Assembly (NCBI GenBank): GCA_905178155.1
Contig: CAJINV010000002.1
Coordinates: forward strand, 5,017,709 to 5,081,708
DNA length: 64,000 nucleotides
Reading direction: 5' to 3'
DNA from: Amoebophrya sp. A120
Lineage: Eukaryota; Protista; Dinoflagellata
The notes beneath the pieces are model-generated. The model had not been told where the DNA came from. It saw only the letters and a program-made list of their open reading frames with translations, and searched no databases. The translations under genes were made by a program, and so were the position numbers. Position 1 is the stretch's first letter. Each line of letters starts with the position of its first letter. Positions 36,001-49,399 of the stretch are shown one piece after another.

Positions 36001-39000
36001 GCGCAGACAGATATGGCATTCTCAACTGTTACATTCTCAACTGTTACACGGATTTGTCATGCAGAATTGCCATCAGCCTCCACTTGATCAAGGTGGGCAG
36101 CATGACAAATCTTCGAAGGGCTAAACAGCATCTAAATCTGTGCAAAATCTGTGATGCGAGAGCTGCAATAGTGCCACTTTCACTATTGCTGCTCTTGCAT
36201 TACAAATCCATGTAACAGTTGAGAGTGTAACGTTTGAGAACGCCATAACAGACGCCACGCAGGTGTGGCAGTGGAGCTTTCCGATCACGTATCGCAAGAA
36301 AAAAGTGTTACAGTTGCACATTGTGTTGCAAGACAGGCAACACAGGCCACCTTTCTCATGCAGGAAATGCTTGGGAGCCTCGTTTCCTTCCTGTTTTGCC
36401 TTATGCTATTCGCATTACAAGTTTTCCTTGCGACACAGAGAAAATTTGTGATGCAGAAACTCTAACAAATGTGTAACTGTAACACTTTTTTCTGGTGATA
36501 TCACGCAGCCGATGTGCCTGTACGACCCGGTGAAGCGAACTCTGTACGGAAAGAACGCCCAGGGCAACTACGTGGAGCTGCGGCGCGGGTTCGCGGTCAA
36601 CTCGCTGCTGGGGCTGCTGAAACCGAGCGGCAAGTCCGCGGACGAACTTCTGCCCAAGCGAACCGCGGAGGACATAGCACGGAAGGAAAACAATTTCCAG
36701 CACCTTTTCCCGATGCTCACCGACGCACAGATGAATTCCATGGAGACGCAGATCAAGGCGGAGAAGATTTACCCCGTGCCCTGCGTCGAAGCCAAGGTGT
36801 GGCGGCCGACGCGGGAAAGTTACCGGGGGAAATGGATGAAGTTCGACGACGACATGTTCACTTCGCACGACTTTCTGGTGCACAAAACCTGCTTGAAGAA
36901 GGAAAGAAACAGGGACGCCTATAGTCCTCATCCAGGGCTAAAAATAAAGGGGTCGAAAATAAAGCAGGCGGAGAAACAGAAAAGTGAAGAGAAGGAAAAA
37001 GAAGCCGAACAAGGTCGTGCAAGAACAGGAGCTACAGCAACCACTGCACAAGAGGAAGCGACTTTATCTCCCGCCTCGAAATCCTCCGCAAAAGAAACGG
37101 AGTGGCCGAAACTTGGTGCGAAGACCATGTCGGTGAAGGATGTGTTTGAACTAAAAAAGCAAGAACTGATGTTGAAAGCGCACCAAGAAGATCATGCGGC
37201 TCTCTCTACTTCACCGGACAGGACTGGAGGAGCCGACGCGGAGCGGACGAAAAGGGAGGAGGAAGAACAAATCATGGAATCTGAATTTTGTTACGAGTTT
37301 GGCAAGAATGTCCACATGAAAGCCAAGAAATGGCTCAGGTATGATTTTTGACTAAGCGGCGCTTGTGGAATGAACAAAAAGTTTTCATTTCGTAGTTCTG
37401 TGAGGAAGATACCACAAAGGGAAAGTGAGCTTTGAAAAGCAATAGACGAAGGAAAGTGAAGTGACCTCTTTCTCGAAATAAATCAGGTTTCACCACCCGG
37501 GCGGGGTGCTGCTGCATGACCCGAACGTATGCAAGAAAAAACTGCGTTAGTGTAACTTTCCTTGGTTGGCAGCATCACAAATTTGCTCTACATGACAGCG
37601 AAGACCTGCCATGCGTGGCTTGTAAGGTAAAACACACCTGAAAAGAGGACTTCGTGGTTGTCTGGCATGACAGGCGTAACTCTGTTGCATGTCCTGCATT
37701 ACAAAGTCACACTTACACAGTTTTTTTCTTGCATAGAACGCCGGCGCATCCTCGAGCGGTTCGTTTCTCACTACGGTCTTGGAGCACGAACCGCAATTGA
37801 AGGAGCAGCTACCAGTATCAAAATGAAAAATCCCCCCTCCCCATATCAAAAGGAAGTTTCTGATGCTGGATTTGCGTACACAAGTCAGGTCTGTCTTGCA
37901 GTAGAGGACTGCAGGCCCATAGCAAGCCTAGGTCGAATGGTTTTGACGTAGGCGCGTAGCATGGCAAATGTGTACGCTGTAGGCCCCAGAGCATCACAAA
38001 CCGCCTGCATAATGCGGCGGAGTCTCTGGATTGGCCTTCTTGCAATACAGTGACGATTTGCTGCCACAAATCAGGATCACAAATTTTCAGGAGTATCCCT
38101 TTTTCGTATGGGGAGGGGGGATTTTTCCTCACAATAACCAGAAACCGCTTCGCAAAGGTGGCGCGATATAGAAAGCGCGCAGTTCGAAGAAGAATCGGAT
38201 TACATTAAGCACAGCACCGACCCAAGAGGGGCCCCAAACAGGCCCGGCAGTTTGGCTCACTCGACTCTCCACCAAGGAGAGCAGCCCTATTTGTTTGAGC
38301 TGGAGGAGAAGCGGAAGTGGGGGGACAATGAAAAGAAAATCCGGGGGTGGGGCGACCAAAGTCAAATTGCAGAAGAGAAAAAAGAGAATGATACAACAGC
38401 CACCGGTAGTAATATGATGAAAAATGCCAAAGAAGCCGATTTGTTCACGCAGGCGCCTCGGCCAAGGGGCGAACAGTGGGTGAGTGAGACGGCCTACACC
38501 TACGGCGGACATGTGTACAGGGTGGTGGACGCACGGACAAAATTGTTTCCGGAGGAGGAACCGGAGGGCAACGGTGCGGGAGAAAAAAGGTATAATTGTA
38601 GTCGTGCAGACGATCGTCTTTCCTTACAGGCCGTTGCACTGAGCTGCTGAAGATGAGGACGTCTCCAAAGCACCGTAAATCCTAGCACAGCGACGCTGCG
38701 TGTGTAGTTTGAAAAATACATGGTTTTTCGCATGTTCTTGCAGAAGTAGAGAACAACTCTAGTTGTGTCTGCTGCAAAGATTTTTGTGATTGAGCTATCA
38801 TTTTCGATGAAAGTAAAGATTGACAATGATGATGATGAAAAATAATCCGCAGCCCCTCAGCCGCCTGGACTTTGCAGGGAACGTTCGCCATGCTCGACCC
38901 CCTGAATCGGGACGCGCGAGTGCTGCTGTGGGACCGCTACGCCAACTGCTTCCGGAGCTGTGTCCGGAAAAGGATCGCGCCGGGAGGTGCTGGAGCGTCT

Positions 39001-40708
39001 GCCGGCACGAGCGGCGCCGCACCGGCTACAGATACCACCGCAGCGGGGGGCCTCGTACAACTACCGCAGCGCACTGCTGCCGGGAAGAGCGAGGAATCTG
39101 CTTTGTCCGGGCCGCATAATGCTTGGGGCGAAACCGCGCGGGTGCGACAGCCGAGTAAGAAGTGGGCAGTTAAGAACAAGGTACAAGGAGCTGCGAGTCC
39201 TTCAGAACAGTTGTCCGACCAAATGATCGAGCAGTTTAACGCCTTGAACCTGGAGAGTAATACTAGAGATGCCTCGTCCACCATGCAGACGAACCAAACC
39301 GCCCGTCTGTACGACCGGAGTTTGCTTTTGATGCAAGGCTTGAAGGCGAAGGAAGATATGCGGAAGAAAATCCGAGAAGAGGAGAGAAAGAAACTCATGG
39401 AGGAATTCGGAATTGTCGATGCTCCACAGCAACAGGCCAAGCAGGCTCAAGAAGGTCGACATATATTGAAAGGAAAAATCGCCCCCGCCGCTTCGTCGTC
39501 TGCCTCGCCCACCGCCGCCGGCCCCGTCCCGCGACCGCCGGGGATTGTGTTGCCGCCGGGGTTAGAAACTGAGCTTGGCGAAGATGTTGTATTAGGATCT
39601 TCGGCAGAAGATAATAAATTCCCCCCGCAGGGGGCACGCGAGGAGCGTGACCCGTTTGCTCCTCTCTCCCGGAGCCGCAGCTATTCCGGCAATTCGTCAA
39701 AGGAGGCGGATGCGCGAACTTGTGACTCTTTTTCCACGGCGGTCGAAGATAAGGGGGAGGAAGGTGTTGATGCGGAGCTGCAAAGAGATGAGCAGCAAGC
39801 GCAAACTCCTGATGTGCAGGCATCTACTTCATCGAAGTCTACTGCCTCAAAAAGACGAAGCAGAAACGGCAAAAAACAAGATGATCCGCGTGCAGCTGAG
39901 GTTGACGAACGTATCCCGCAGGCACTGTCGGTCGCGCGACAAATGCACGAGGAGAATAAGACGCTGGAGCACATCAACAACACCCTGGGGACGGAGGTAA
40001 GGGAATTGAAGGCGCAGTTAGAGTGCATGCGAACCGAGCGGAGCAAGCTGAATTTAAAGATAACTCAGCAGAAGACGGAGTGCGACCGGCTCTGGTGGGG
40101 CTTATGGATTGCAAAAATGTCTGGGTCTGGAAGAGTCATGCTGTTTTTGCATGACGCAGAAGGTCTGGCATGGAAGCTCTAGCATCACAGGTTTCGAGAG
40201 CCTTCCGCAATGCCGAATCCGCATGACAAGTCCCCTATTTTGCAGACAAAAAGTGGGAGCTTTTGCTACGTATGCATGAGAGACTTTTCCGTGTTCTGAA
40301 GTACGCATTACAAGTTGCATTCTTCCAGACCCAGACATTTTTAGATTTGATAGGGCTGGGACAAAAGCGACAAGGATGCCCAGCGAAAGGAGCGCATTTT
40401 GGAGGAAAGATTTAAGGAGTTGCAGGACAGCCGATTCGAAATGAGAAAGGTACCTACACGCTTTTTCTTGTTTCTCGTTTTTATATATAATTCCACAGCT
40501 GGGTTGTAGTTTTAAGTAATCTGCTGAACGTCAAGAACTGCTCCGCTGGGTCTGCATTGAATCATCGTTCGTTGTTGTTACGATGTGCCTTGGTCGAGTA
40601 TATTCCTTTGACATCAAACTAAGCTACACTAAACAGACGCAATCGTTGCAGGCGGAGGTTATCGCGCTCCGAAGGCAGGTAAGAGATCTTCGCGGCGGCA
40701 GATCGTGA
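33071..40708 (+). CDS. Large hypothetical low-complexity protein with C-terminal coiled coil; about 10 exons
   Basis: ORFs 33071, 35071, 36512, 38252 and 38872 join through six introners and canonical GT-AG introns (37339-37486, 38590-38852, 40450-40651); ends AEVIALRRQVRDLRGGRS*. Confidence 0.65.
34785..35069. mobile_element. Introner F4-like, diverged
   Basis: TATTCTGAGTAAAAAC / GTTTTCACTCATGATA; TSD TGCGG/TGTGA; removal in frame with ORF 35071. Confidence 0.75.
36012..36247. mobile_element. Introner F7 (TATGGCRTTCTCAA)
   Basis: ~50-bp TIR with an internal 15-bp tandem; TSD ACAGA; sister copy at 44240-44474. Confidence 0.94.
36290..36500. mobile_element. Introner F8-like (TATCGCAAGAAAAAAGTGTTACAG)
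   Basis: TIR; TSD TCACG; joins FPIT|QPMCLY. Confidence 0.92.
37528..37735. mobile_element. Introner F8 (TATGCAAGAAAAAACTG)
   Basis: TIR; TSD GAACG. Confidence 0.92.
37816..38136. mobile_element. Introner F9 (TATCAAAAxGAAAAATC..CCCTCCCCATAT)
   Basis: TIR; TSD ACCAG; sister copy at 57231-57552. Confidence 0.93.
40103..40352. mobile_element. Introner F1
   Basis: TIR; TSD GGGCT; joins LWWG|WDKSDK. Confidence 0.93.
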
Positions 40709-42110
40709 AAACCTGACGCGAACACCTGACGCAACAAAGGGCATTGACACGGTATCGAATTAACCTAAAGAGGAATAATTACGGGTCAGTTCATTCTTGT
40801 CCTTCATCAAGTGCAGCTTTTGATGTTGACTTTAAGCATGCCGCCTGTTTTGATCTGTAGAAAATTGCGAACAAGACAGATAGGCAGTGTGCAAAAGCGC
40901 CGCTTTTTCTGAAGATCCTGAGCTGATTTTTGAATCTACACCTTCATTTTTTCGATACAATTAGACGGACCTAAAGCACAATTGATGCCAAGCTTTTCGA
41001 TACGTACAAGAATTTTTACCACTAGAGCACACACCAGAGAATTTTATTTATACGACCAACTTTTCAATTACTGTCGATGCACACGACGCCGTCGTGCCAG
41101 GGCGTTACTGAAGCTTGGTCGAGGGCCCAGACGATTGCGATACTGGCTTTGCAGGAGCCTCCTGATTAGGCGCCGCACGGATTGTACAAATATACAGAAA
41201 TTGTGCACGTTTGGAGCACAATTACTATAATTGGCGACAAGAAGCAGGTCGTGCTCAATGCAGTATGTAGGTGATTTGATGATTTATGAAGTGCTTGTTT
41301 GTGCTCTCCAGAAGATACGTACAGATTGGTCGAAAATGATCTATGCAAATAGAATACAGATACCATTGTCCTGTGAGAAAAAATTCCATATCGATGGAGT
41401 TGTGCACAGTGATGGCCGAAATAGAAGACTACACAAAAATATCGTGCAAAACTACAGATGAACTTCTACTGACTCCAAAACGGCTCGCCCTCGTTTTCAG
41501 TTTACAACTTTCTATGCCGCTTTTGGTCGTTTGTCATATAGAATACTGAAGCTAATTGATATCTTTGCGCCTGGTATTTCATCTCACCCCGTGAGGTGGA
41601 AAGCTACCGTTTTTTGTTCGACTAGGCGCGCAACGACGTTAGGTGCCAAAAAGTGGCCCGTTTTGGCGCAATATCTGTTCTGCGTTTTTCTGCAGATTTT
41701 TTGCTCTGCTCGCGGATCAAGATGAAATATTCCATATGGAAGAGCTCCCGCCACCAAGGACTTCTTGTTTTTTCTGCCGGTCTTCAATCATGATCTGCCT
41801 CGACTGTTGACCATCCCTAGCTGTCTGTTCCGCAACTTTAATATTGCAGCTTCATCGGACCTCCGACTGTTTTTATTTTTTGGGAATCGGATTTTTTTCT
41901 TTCGACGCTCGTGTCTCTCAGCGCTCTTGCTTTTTTTTCTTGCTCAGCTAGGTTTGTTTCGTCGGGCTGTGCATTAAGGCTGGCATGTCATTGTGTATCT
42001 TTTCGTGTTCAAAAGCAATAGTGAGCTGTATCCATGTAGCCCGGTAGAAGAAATCTTTGCTGCGTTGAATGTGAGCTTCGTGGCACGTTAATAATACGGT
42101 GACTTTTTAT

Positions 42111-45100
42111 ATGATGCAGCAGAACAAGTCTACTTCATCCCCGAGCCGCGGTCACCAGCGGCCGCCGCTTTCTTCGCGACTTCTGGACGACGAGCCAGGC
42201 GCTCTTAGAACCACGAAGGGCCAGAATAACAACAAACCTACGCAAATCATACCAGAGCTGCTAGTGCGACGTCGAGAGCTGCAAGGTGAAGAGGTCATAG
42301 CAACAGGAACAACAGCGCCAGTTGTAGGACGGAATAAAACTGATGTAACAAAAATGCAGAACCCTCTGAACAACTACAACCGCACCCTGACCCCCTCTCC
42401 GCAGAAGTCTCCGCAGAAGAGAGGCGAAAGTCTTCTCGTGTCTGGAATTGCAACATCACCGCCGCAACGCGGCGGCAATTCTCTGCGCACCCACGACATC
42501 GAGGGTGCCTCCCCGTTCCCGAGGCCCCGGCCGCAGTGGGCCACGACCTCTCGGAAAAATGACTACCACAACAATTGTGAAGATGGCACATCATCACGGA
42601 GACAACATCCACAGGGCGGCGCCCCCCGCGGAACGAGTCCTACCCCTACTCCCGGGCAGCCGCGGCCGTCCGCATCCGGTGACGATAGCGAGATGTTGAA
42701 AACGATTCCGAATTCCCAATTTTCCCTGATTCAGAAGCAGCTACGGGTGCAGAACAACAAACCCAACCACCAATTCAACGTGCGCGACATCGCGATCGTC
42801 GAGACTGTGAAGCGGGGGAAGAATCGGATTCTCGCGTCCCCCAGGGAGACGAACCCGCTCTTCCCAGATTACCAATACCCAGGCTGGTCGCAGCCCGACC
42901 GCGTGACGGTGAGCCCGACGCCGGGAGACGCGCGAGGCCCGGGGCGGGGAGCGGCGGGGACTGAAGTAGATTCGGAACCTTGCTCCCCGCTGCTGCGGCC
43001 GCGGAGCGCCGGTTGTACAGACAGCGCGAGGGGCCACGCGGAAGTAGAAGTAGATCCGACGCTGTTCAAGCGGTATCATAGCTGCTCCTATAATAATGCG
43101 GTGCTGCACTTTGTTCGTGACACGACGTCCTTTCTTGCGCATGCAGGGCTTTCAATATCAATCTCGCGACATGAGTAATAATCATACTCAGGATTCCGAT
43201 TCAGTTGTGTGTGTGCAACTGCATCCTGGTCGTGTAGTTGACAAATAATTGCGATCAATGAAGATGATCGATCTTCACAAAAATAACAGCGTCGTCCGGC
43301 ATGAGAAGTACGCGACGCGTCCGCCAAGCTCGTTGGAAGTCGTCGAGCGGCCCCCGGTATTACAATAAAAAATGCCCCCACCCCCCAACTTGGGAGCATT
43401 TGTATTGCAAACCTTTCCAAATGAAACATTCGCCCTCTTGCATCTATCAGCATCACAGGTTTCCAATCGTGAATGCCAAAAGTTTGTATTGCAAAAGACC
43501 CCAGCAAGAGCGGCGCTTGTCATGGAAGCGATGCGATACATGCCTAGACTCTGGAACAGAAAGACTCATACTCCTTTCATGCATAACAAAAAGTTTTCAT
43601 TTGGAAACTTCGCATCACAAATTTTTGCGTTTCGGTCGGTTTAGCATCACAAATTTTTGCAATTTCAGGGGTGGGGAGCATTTTTCACTGTAATACCCGG
43701 TGGGGATTGTTTTGTCTGGCATGGCGCCCCAGACGAGACACGCGTACATGGTGCGGTCGCAAAATCGCAGTGCATCCGTGCTAGAGGAGGACAGACGGAA
43801 AGTGGACGGGAAGGAGTTCAGTTCAAGTCCACGGTTTCTTTCGACAAGCAGGAGTCCGCGGGGCCACCAGGGCGCGCTGTCTTTCCCAAACTTGCTGGAG
43901 GAAGAGGAAAGGCACCCACTCGGTATAGATACTTTTGCTGGACCGTTGAAGCAAGAAAACAAATTTCGCAATTGCAGTCGTGGTTCTTCACTTCTGCATG
44001 ATAAAACTAAAAGGAAATGAATCGACAGCACTTTTAAAGAAAAATAGTAAAAAATCTTACGCAGGCGAGTACTCAAGCCTTCCCGACAACGTGGTCTCTC
44101 CGGTGAGAGGAGTAGACAAAAACGCAGCCGGGCCTCTAGCATCTGATCCAGGGAACATAAATCCCACGACACCACCTAAAAAGCCACCGTCCTACTTTGA
44201 CAAAAACAAGCTCGTGGGGCACATTCCGGTGAAAAAAGATATGGCGTTCTCAAACGTTACATTCTCAACTGTTACATGAATTTGTGATGCAAGAATGGGA
44301 AAAGCAAAAGAAGGGAGCTTGCGCCTCTCGCATTACAAATTTGGCACAGATTTTAGTGCTGTTTAGCCCTTCAAAAATTTATCATGCGAAGTAGCTTCAT
44401 CGTATGGATCCTGATGTGCATTTTGCATGACAAATCATGTAACAGTTGAGAATGTAACGTTTGAGAGCTCCATAAAAGAGAAACGCGAGGAGTTCCGGGA
44501 TTTCAACCTGAAAGTGCACGACATAGAAAAGGCGAAGTCGTCGCAGTTCGCCGGCGCCGGGGTGCGTGGGTTTCCGAAGTTCAAGTTCCCGAGTTGTCTA
44601 CTAGTAGATGAGCAGACCACGGCCGCGGCGCAGGGAGTTGTGCGGCGCGACAGCAACACTTATAAGAACCCCCTGCGAAACGACGACATCGAGGGCGCCA
44701 GTCCGCGGCCCTGGAGCAGTGACGTGTTGCGGAACAAAGCACGGTATTGGGATCATGTCAGAAAAAACCGCCCGCAAACCGCTTTCACGGTCCGAGAAAA
44801 TGGTGGGGGTGAGGAGCAGGAGGAGAAAATTGTTGTTGGAAAAAAGAAAAAAGACGAACAGGGAAAAATATTAGCCTCGACAGAACAAGAACCTCCTACC
44901 TCGCGACAAAGACCGGCGACTGCGGACGGGCGCGTGGTGGTTACAAGCAGAAATAGAACTTCTACGCATGTGGATGAAACAGGAGGCGGAGATCATGTTG
45001 AAGCCCGAGGACGTCGAGAAGAACAACAAATAACAGCAAAAGAAACGAAGGACAGCAGCTGCCAGACCATTCTGCTTGCGGAACAGTTGAAACCGAAGGT

Positions 45101-47320
45101 CGCGTTAGTGTCTTCCATCATCATGGGCAATAAAAACGTTCAACACAACTACAACACAAATCAGGACAACGACGACGCAACAAGTGGCGCAACACCATTC
45201 TCCGTTCCCTTTCCCCCGCCCGCCGGCGAAAGGCCTTCGCGTCGTCCGGGGACTGCGTGCGCGGCCTACGGCGGGAATAGTTCAAGACAGGTCAGGTTGA
45301 GTCGGATGTTCGACGTGGACAGCAATCCGATTATTTGTCCGGGTAGTAGTCCCGGTAGTGGTTCAGGCGGTATTAATATCGGTGAGAATTATAGGAACCA
45401 GGATGAGCGAGATCGTCCAAGAGGCAACATATTACAGCAGCAGCGGCCGCAAACCGCGGACGGTGCTTGTTATACTAACCGCAAGAGGACGCAGCAGGTT
45501 TTGCACAACGTGTACAACATTGCGAAGCCGCCTGTGATGAGGGAAGCAGGCGAGTCAATAAACTACGGTGGAATGGTCTCTCCTTTTTCATCCACTGCGC
45601 ATACGGAGAGTCGGCCCGTGCAGCAGCCAGTGCAGCGTGATGTTGGATTTTTACAAGCCGCTCATCAACTAGAACCTGTGCTCGGGGAGCGACGTGGAGA
45701 AGAAAAAGAAGAAGAAGAACCAGCGGTAATAAATGTGATCCCAGGCGGAGGCCAACAACACGAACTCGCGGAAGTGACGTTTTTCGACAACGTCTCCTCA
45801 ACCACCGCAACTGCTGTACGTGTGTCGAAGTCTCGCATTTACCCGGCGAAGATTTACGGAGAGAGGGTCATGGAGAAAAGAATCGCGGAAAGAGCAAACA
45901 GCAACACAGACGGGCGGGTTTGTAGTCCTTCTCACGCAGCAGAAGTACGAAAAGAGCGGACCACAGGGGAGCAGAACTACGACGCGCATCATGAGGTAGA
46001 AGATCAGGTTGAGCAGTCAGCGACTGCCGGAGTTGTAGTTCCAGTCCACACGACCGCGCAAGCGCTCCTGGCACCAGAAACAGGAGAACCTGAACCACCC
46101 GGCGTGCCTCCACTGTTGATCCAGGAAAAGCTGCAACCCGCAAGGTTAATCCCGCGAATTCCCTTTCCAAAGCCGGTTGTAGACAGCACCACTGCGTGCC
46201 GACACAACCTGATGAATTGCAAATACGATTTCAATGCAAGAATCGCTCCTACTTCGCACAGGAGCAGCAGACCCGGATCCGCAAATGATACCTCCTCCCG
46301 TCGAGCTCTGTCTGCACGCGCGGCCGTCGCGGCTACAGACTCAGAAGTTGTTAATCCTCCGTCCGGTCCGAGTTCTGCCCGTGTGGGCATTCCAACCTCG
46401 GCCCGAAGCGCAACGCCGAGAGCTAGTAGCGGCAGACTGCATGACAACAGAAAAAATGCGCCGGGCATAAAAGTAGCGATGAAAAAGAATCCACCGCCAT
46501 CAACAGCGCATCAGCTTCCCCAGGAAGTAGCCATGCAGCGGGGTGACAAGGTGGCCTCGTCTTCATCGGCACGATATCATCAGCAGCAGCAGCAATTGGA
46601 CTGGCACAACAAGCATCAGCATGAGCCTAAGAGCCGCTTTACTGACCGCCCTGTCCGGACGGCTCAGCGGATCAGGAATTTCGTATCCAAGGAAAAAACT
46701 GTGCTAGTTTGGGTTTCTTGAAGTGACAGCATGACAAATTTAATCTGCATGACAGAGAAGGCCTGTCATGCGGAGGTAGTACATGAAGAACACACACGTG
46801 AAAGGAGGAGCGCATGGCTGCTGGCCAGCACGACAAGTTTACATACTTTATGGCATTGCAGCCTACATACTTGCACAGTTTTTTTCTTGCATATTTTGAG
46901 CAGTTTTTTCAACAGCGAAATCAAAATCTCAACAACCCAGCGGACAAACCGCACACTACTAATACGAGCCCCCATTATCCAGCGCCAAACCCCGTCGCCT
47001 GCATCCGAGCGCCGGCATCTTCCGTTGACGTGGCAAATAACAGAAAACACGGGATGAAATTACCGGTCGAGGAGCACCGGGCCGCGAGGCTCGCGGGAAG
47101 GAAGTTTGTGGCTGGAGTCGCATCGAACTACCACCCCAGTAATCCGCAATCGCAAATACCAAGCCGCGTGCCCTCGAAAAAGAACCACCGGGTACAGGTG
47201 CACAACCAAAAACTGCATCGAGAACTGATGGCGCGCCGTGAGGCGATGCAAAATGGCGAGCGGCCGCCGAGCACGGCGTTCGTGCAGTTTCCGCATTCTC
47301 CGCAGTTTGGGGGCAATTAG
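42111..47320 (+). CDS. Hypothetical low-complexity protein with repeated L(R/K)xxDIE(G/K)A motifs; about 6 exons
   Basis: ORFs 42099, 43700, 43980, 44427 and 46814 join through four introners and one probably canonical intron; motifs LRTHDIEGASP, LKVHDIEKAKS, LRNDDIEGASP and ETNPLFPDY. Confidence 0.6.
43074..43306. mobile_element. Possible degenerate introner
   Basis: TATCAT... / ...CATGAGA ends; TSD eroded (AGCGG/AGTAC); removal plus 5 nt restores frame (FKR|ATRPPSSLEVVER). Confidence 0.4.
43358..43695. mobile_element. Introner F10 (TATTACAATxAAAAATGCCCC)
   Basis: TIR; TSD CCCGG; near-identical to 53519-53833. Confidence 0.94.
44240..44474. mobile_element. Introner F7
   Basis: TIR; TSD AAAGA. 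Confidence 0.94.
46684..46893. mobile_element. Introner F8
   Basis: TATCCAAGGAAAAAACTGTGC / GCACAGTTTTTTTCTTGCATA; TSD TTTCG/TTTTG; joins IRNF|EQFFQQ. Confidence 0.9.
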
Positions 47321-48484
47321 GGATAGAAAGGGGTAGAAATAGACGATGTGCTCGAACGTCAAAGTTACTTGACTTCCGTTTTGATTTATCTTTGCTTCGT
47401 GGTACCATCGCAAAATGCTTTTATTTCCTGGGCCTCTCAATAATTAAAATTAATGATTGACACAAAAATCATCTGTACAATGGTTTATCAAAAGTGTTTT
47501 AAGAATTTGCAAAGAGGGAGTAGATCCGGATCCCTCCGTGCAATTATAACACGCCGAACAATGTTAACTGTAGAATAGTACTAGGAGGCGCAAGGGTAGT
47601 TGTATGGATGTCCTTACGAACGGTATCTGATAGAATTGATTTCCGCTTGATGAACCATTTTGCTGAACCTATGTTGTGTACAATGTCAATGACAATGATC
47701 CAAACAAGTAGGCTCGAAATTCTAATAAAATACGAATCCAAAGAACGAGAGTACCGGCTGCACGTGCTGGAAATGTTCCTTCGGATTGTCAGCAAGATCT
47801 TTTCATCGCATGAGAGATTGTTCGTCATACCAGATGATAAGTATGTACAGCCATTCTGAATGAAGGAGAGAGTTTTCTGTTCCTGTTCCGTGCTGTTACA
47901 CGATCCAAGATCCTTGATAGGAAAAGTTCTGTCGAATTTTATGCCCTACAGAGTCGCTATTCTCGCTTTTTTCTCATGCGATTGTAGCGCTAGTAGTGCA
48001 AAAAGCATATTGTCGCGTTTTACGCGCCACAACTTTATTCTTGTAAAGGTTGCGGCGTGATTGCCGCGGCAGACAGTTTTTATTTTGGTGTAGGAACGAT
48101 CATGATCAAGATCAACTGGAATCATAACCAACGAAGTGAAAATAATGATCATTCCGCAAAGATCTTGATGTCGCATTTTGCGCAGATGAGGCGAAAGTAC
48201 TGGCGGCCAAAAGTAGTGATGTTTTGCGCTTTTTAATTTCGTAGCTTGTTTTCTGTGAAGATACATGAAAAACTGTAATCCATATATACAGTGAGGTTGA
48301 TCTTCGCTTGAAATAGAAGTCACCTAGATTTCACGAAACCAAGGTTGGCGGCCACGAAGGAATACTTATTCACATACGATACTAGCGACAGAAATACGCA
48401 TATTTCACTATAAAGAAGTTTCTTTTCAATCACACTTGTGTACCACAGCAGTACTCGTACTAGTTCCATCCGAGAAAAGAAGAA

Positions 48485-48850
48485 ATGTCGACCGCAAAAG
48501 CCCCGGGTGGCGCAGATTTGCGCAAATTCATGGAGAAGCGACTGGACATGCATCTGAATGGGAACCGGCACGTCGTGGGCATCCTGAGAGGGTAGAGTTC
48601 TTGTTTATTCATTGTGAGGTTGATAAGTTTGCATCTTACGACGTGCAGCAGAGAATCGTCCTGTAGTACCCCACCGTTATGATTTACTTTGCAACACGAA
48701 TATGAAAAACCCAGGTACGACACTTTCATGAACATTGTCCTGGACAATGCAGTGGAAATCCGATCTCCGACGGAGAAATACGAAATCGGCATGGTGGTAA
48801 TTCGCGGCTCAAGTATCACAATGTGGGAGTGCTTGGACAGGGTGAAGTAG
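48485..48850 (+). CDS. SNRPG: Small nuclear ribonucleoprotein G (SmG), 2 exons
   Basis: [36 protein letters not shown]|[14 protein letters not shown]...[21 protein letters not shown]; canonical GT-AG intron 48592-48714; absent from the ORF track. Confidence 0.95.
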
Positions 48851-49399
48851 TCACAATGTAGGACTGGAGTGGGTGGACAGTGAAGAAGAGAACTAATGCT
48901 GTACCTACAACAACGTAGTTTCACACCACGGAGGATGGGCGGGGACTCGGATTCTATACCAAGTAAAAACGACACGACTACTTTACCAGAGAATACAGGA
49001 GCATCTGTTGATTCGTCAGCCTCTCGGCGGGCAGAGATGATGGAGCATTTTACTTCTTGCTCGAAAAACAAAAATTCAGGGATTGCGACAGTGCATCACA
49101 CTTGAGCTGGATGAAGATGAAGATGAAGCACTATTTTGAATAGTTCTGAGGCCCAAGGAACAACGAAGTTTGCTGCTCTTGTAGCAGAAGCAGATGATCA
49201 CGCAGACCACATGTAGATGCTATCTTTCTGAAGAGAATTTTTTGAAATACAGCGCAAGACGAGAGTGGTAAGGCGGAAAAAGCAACTGTTTCGCTTGGCA
49301 TCCGTGTCGAGTTTTCGGATGATATATGCGTGTTCTCCTGTTGGTTAGGAAGCTTGGAAGGATGAGGCTTGGCTGCTGGGCGCTAATATTTTTTCATGG

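Noticed and set aside
41700-41980. Possible minus-strand Lys/Arg-rich ORF fragment
   Set aside because: Short, without a clear start or homology, and against the local gene direction.
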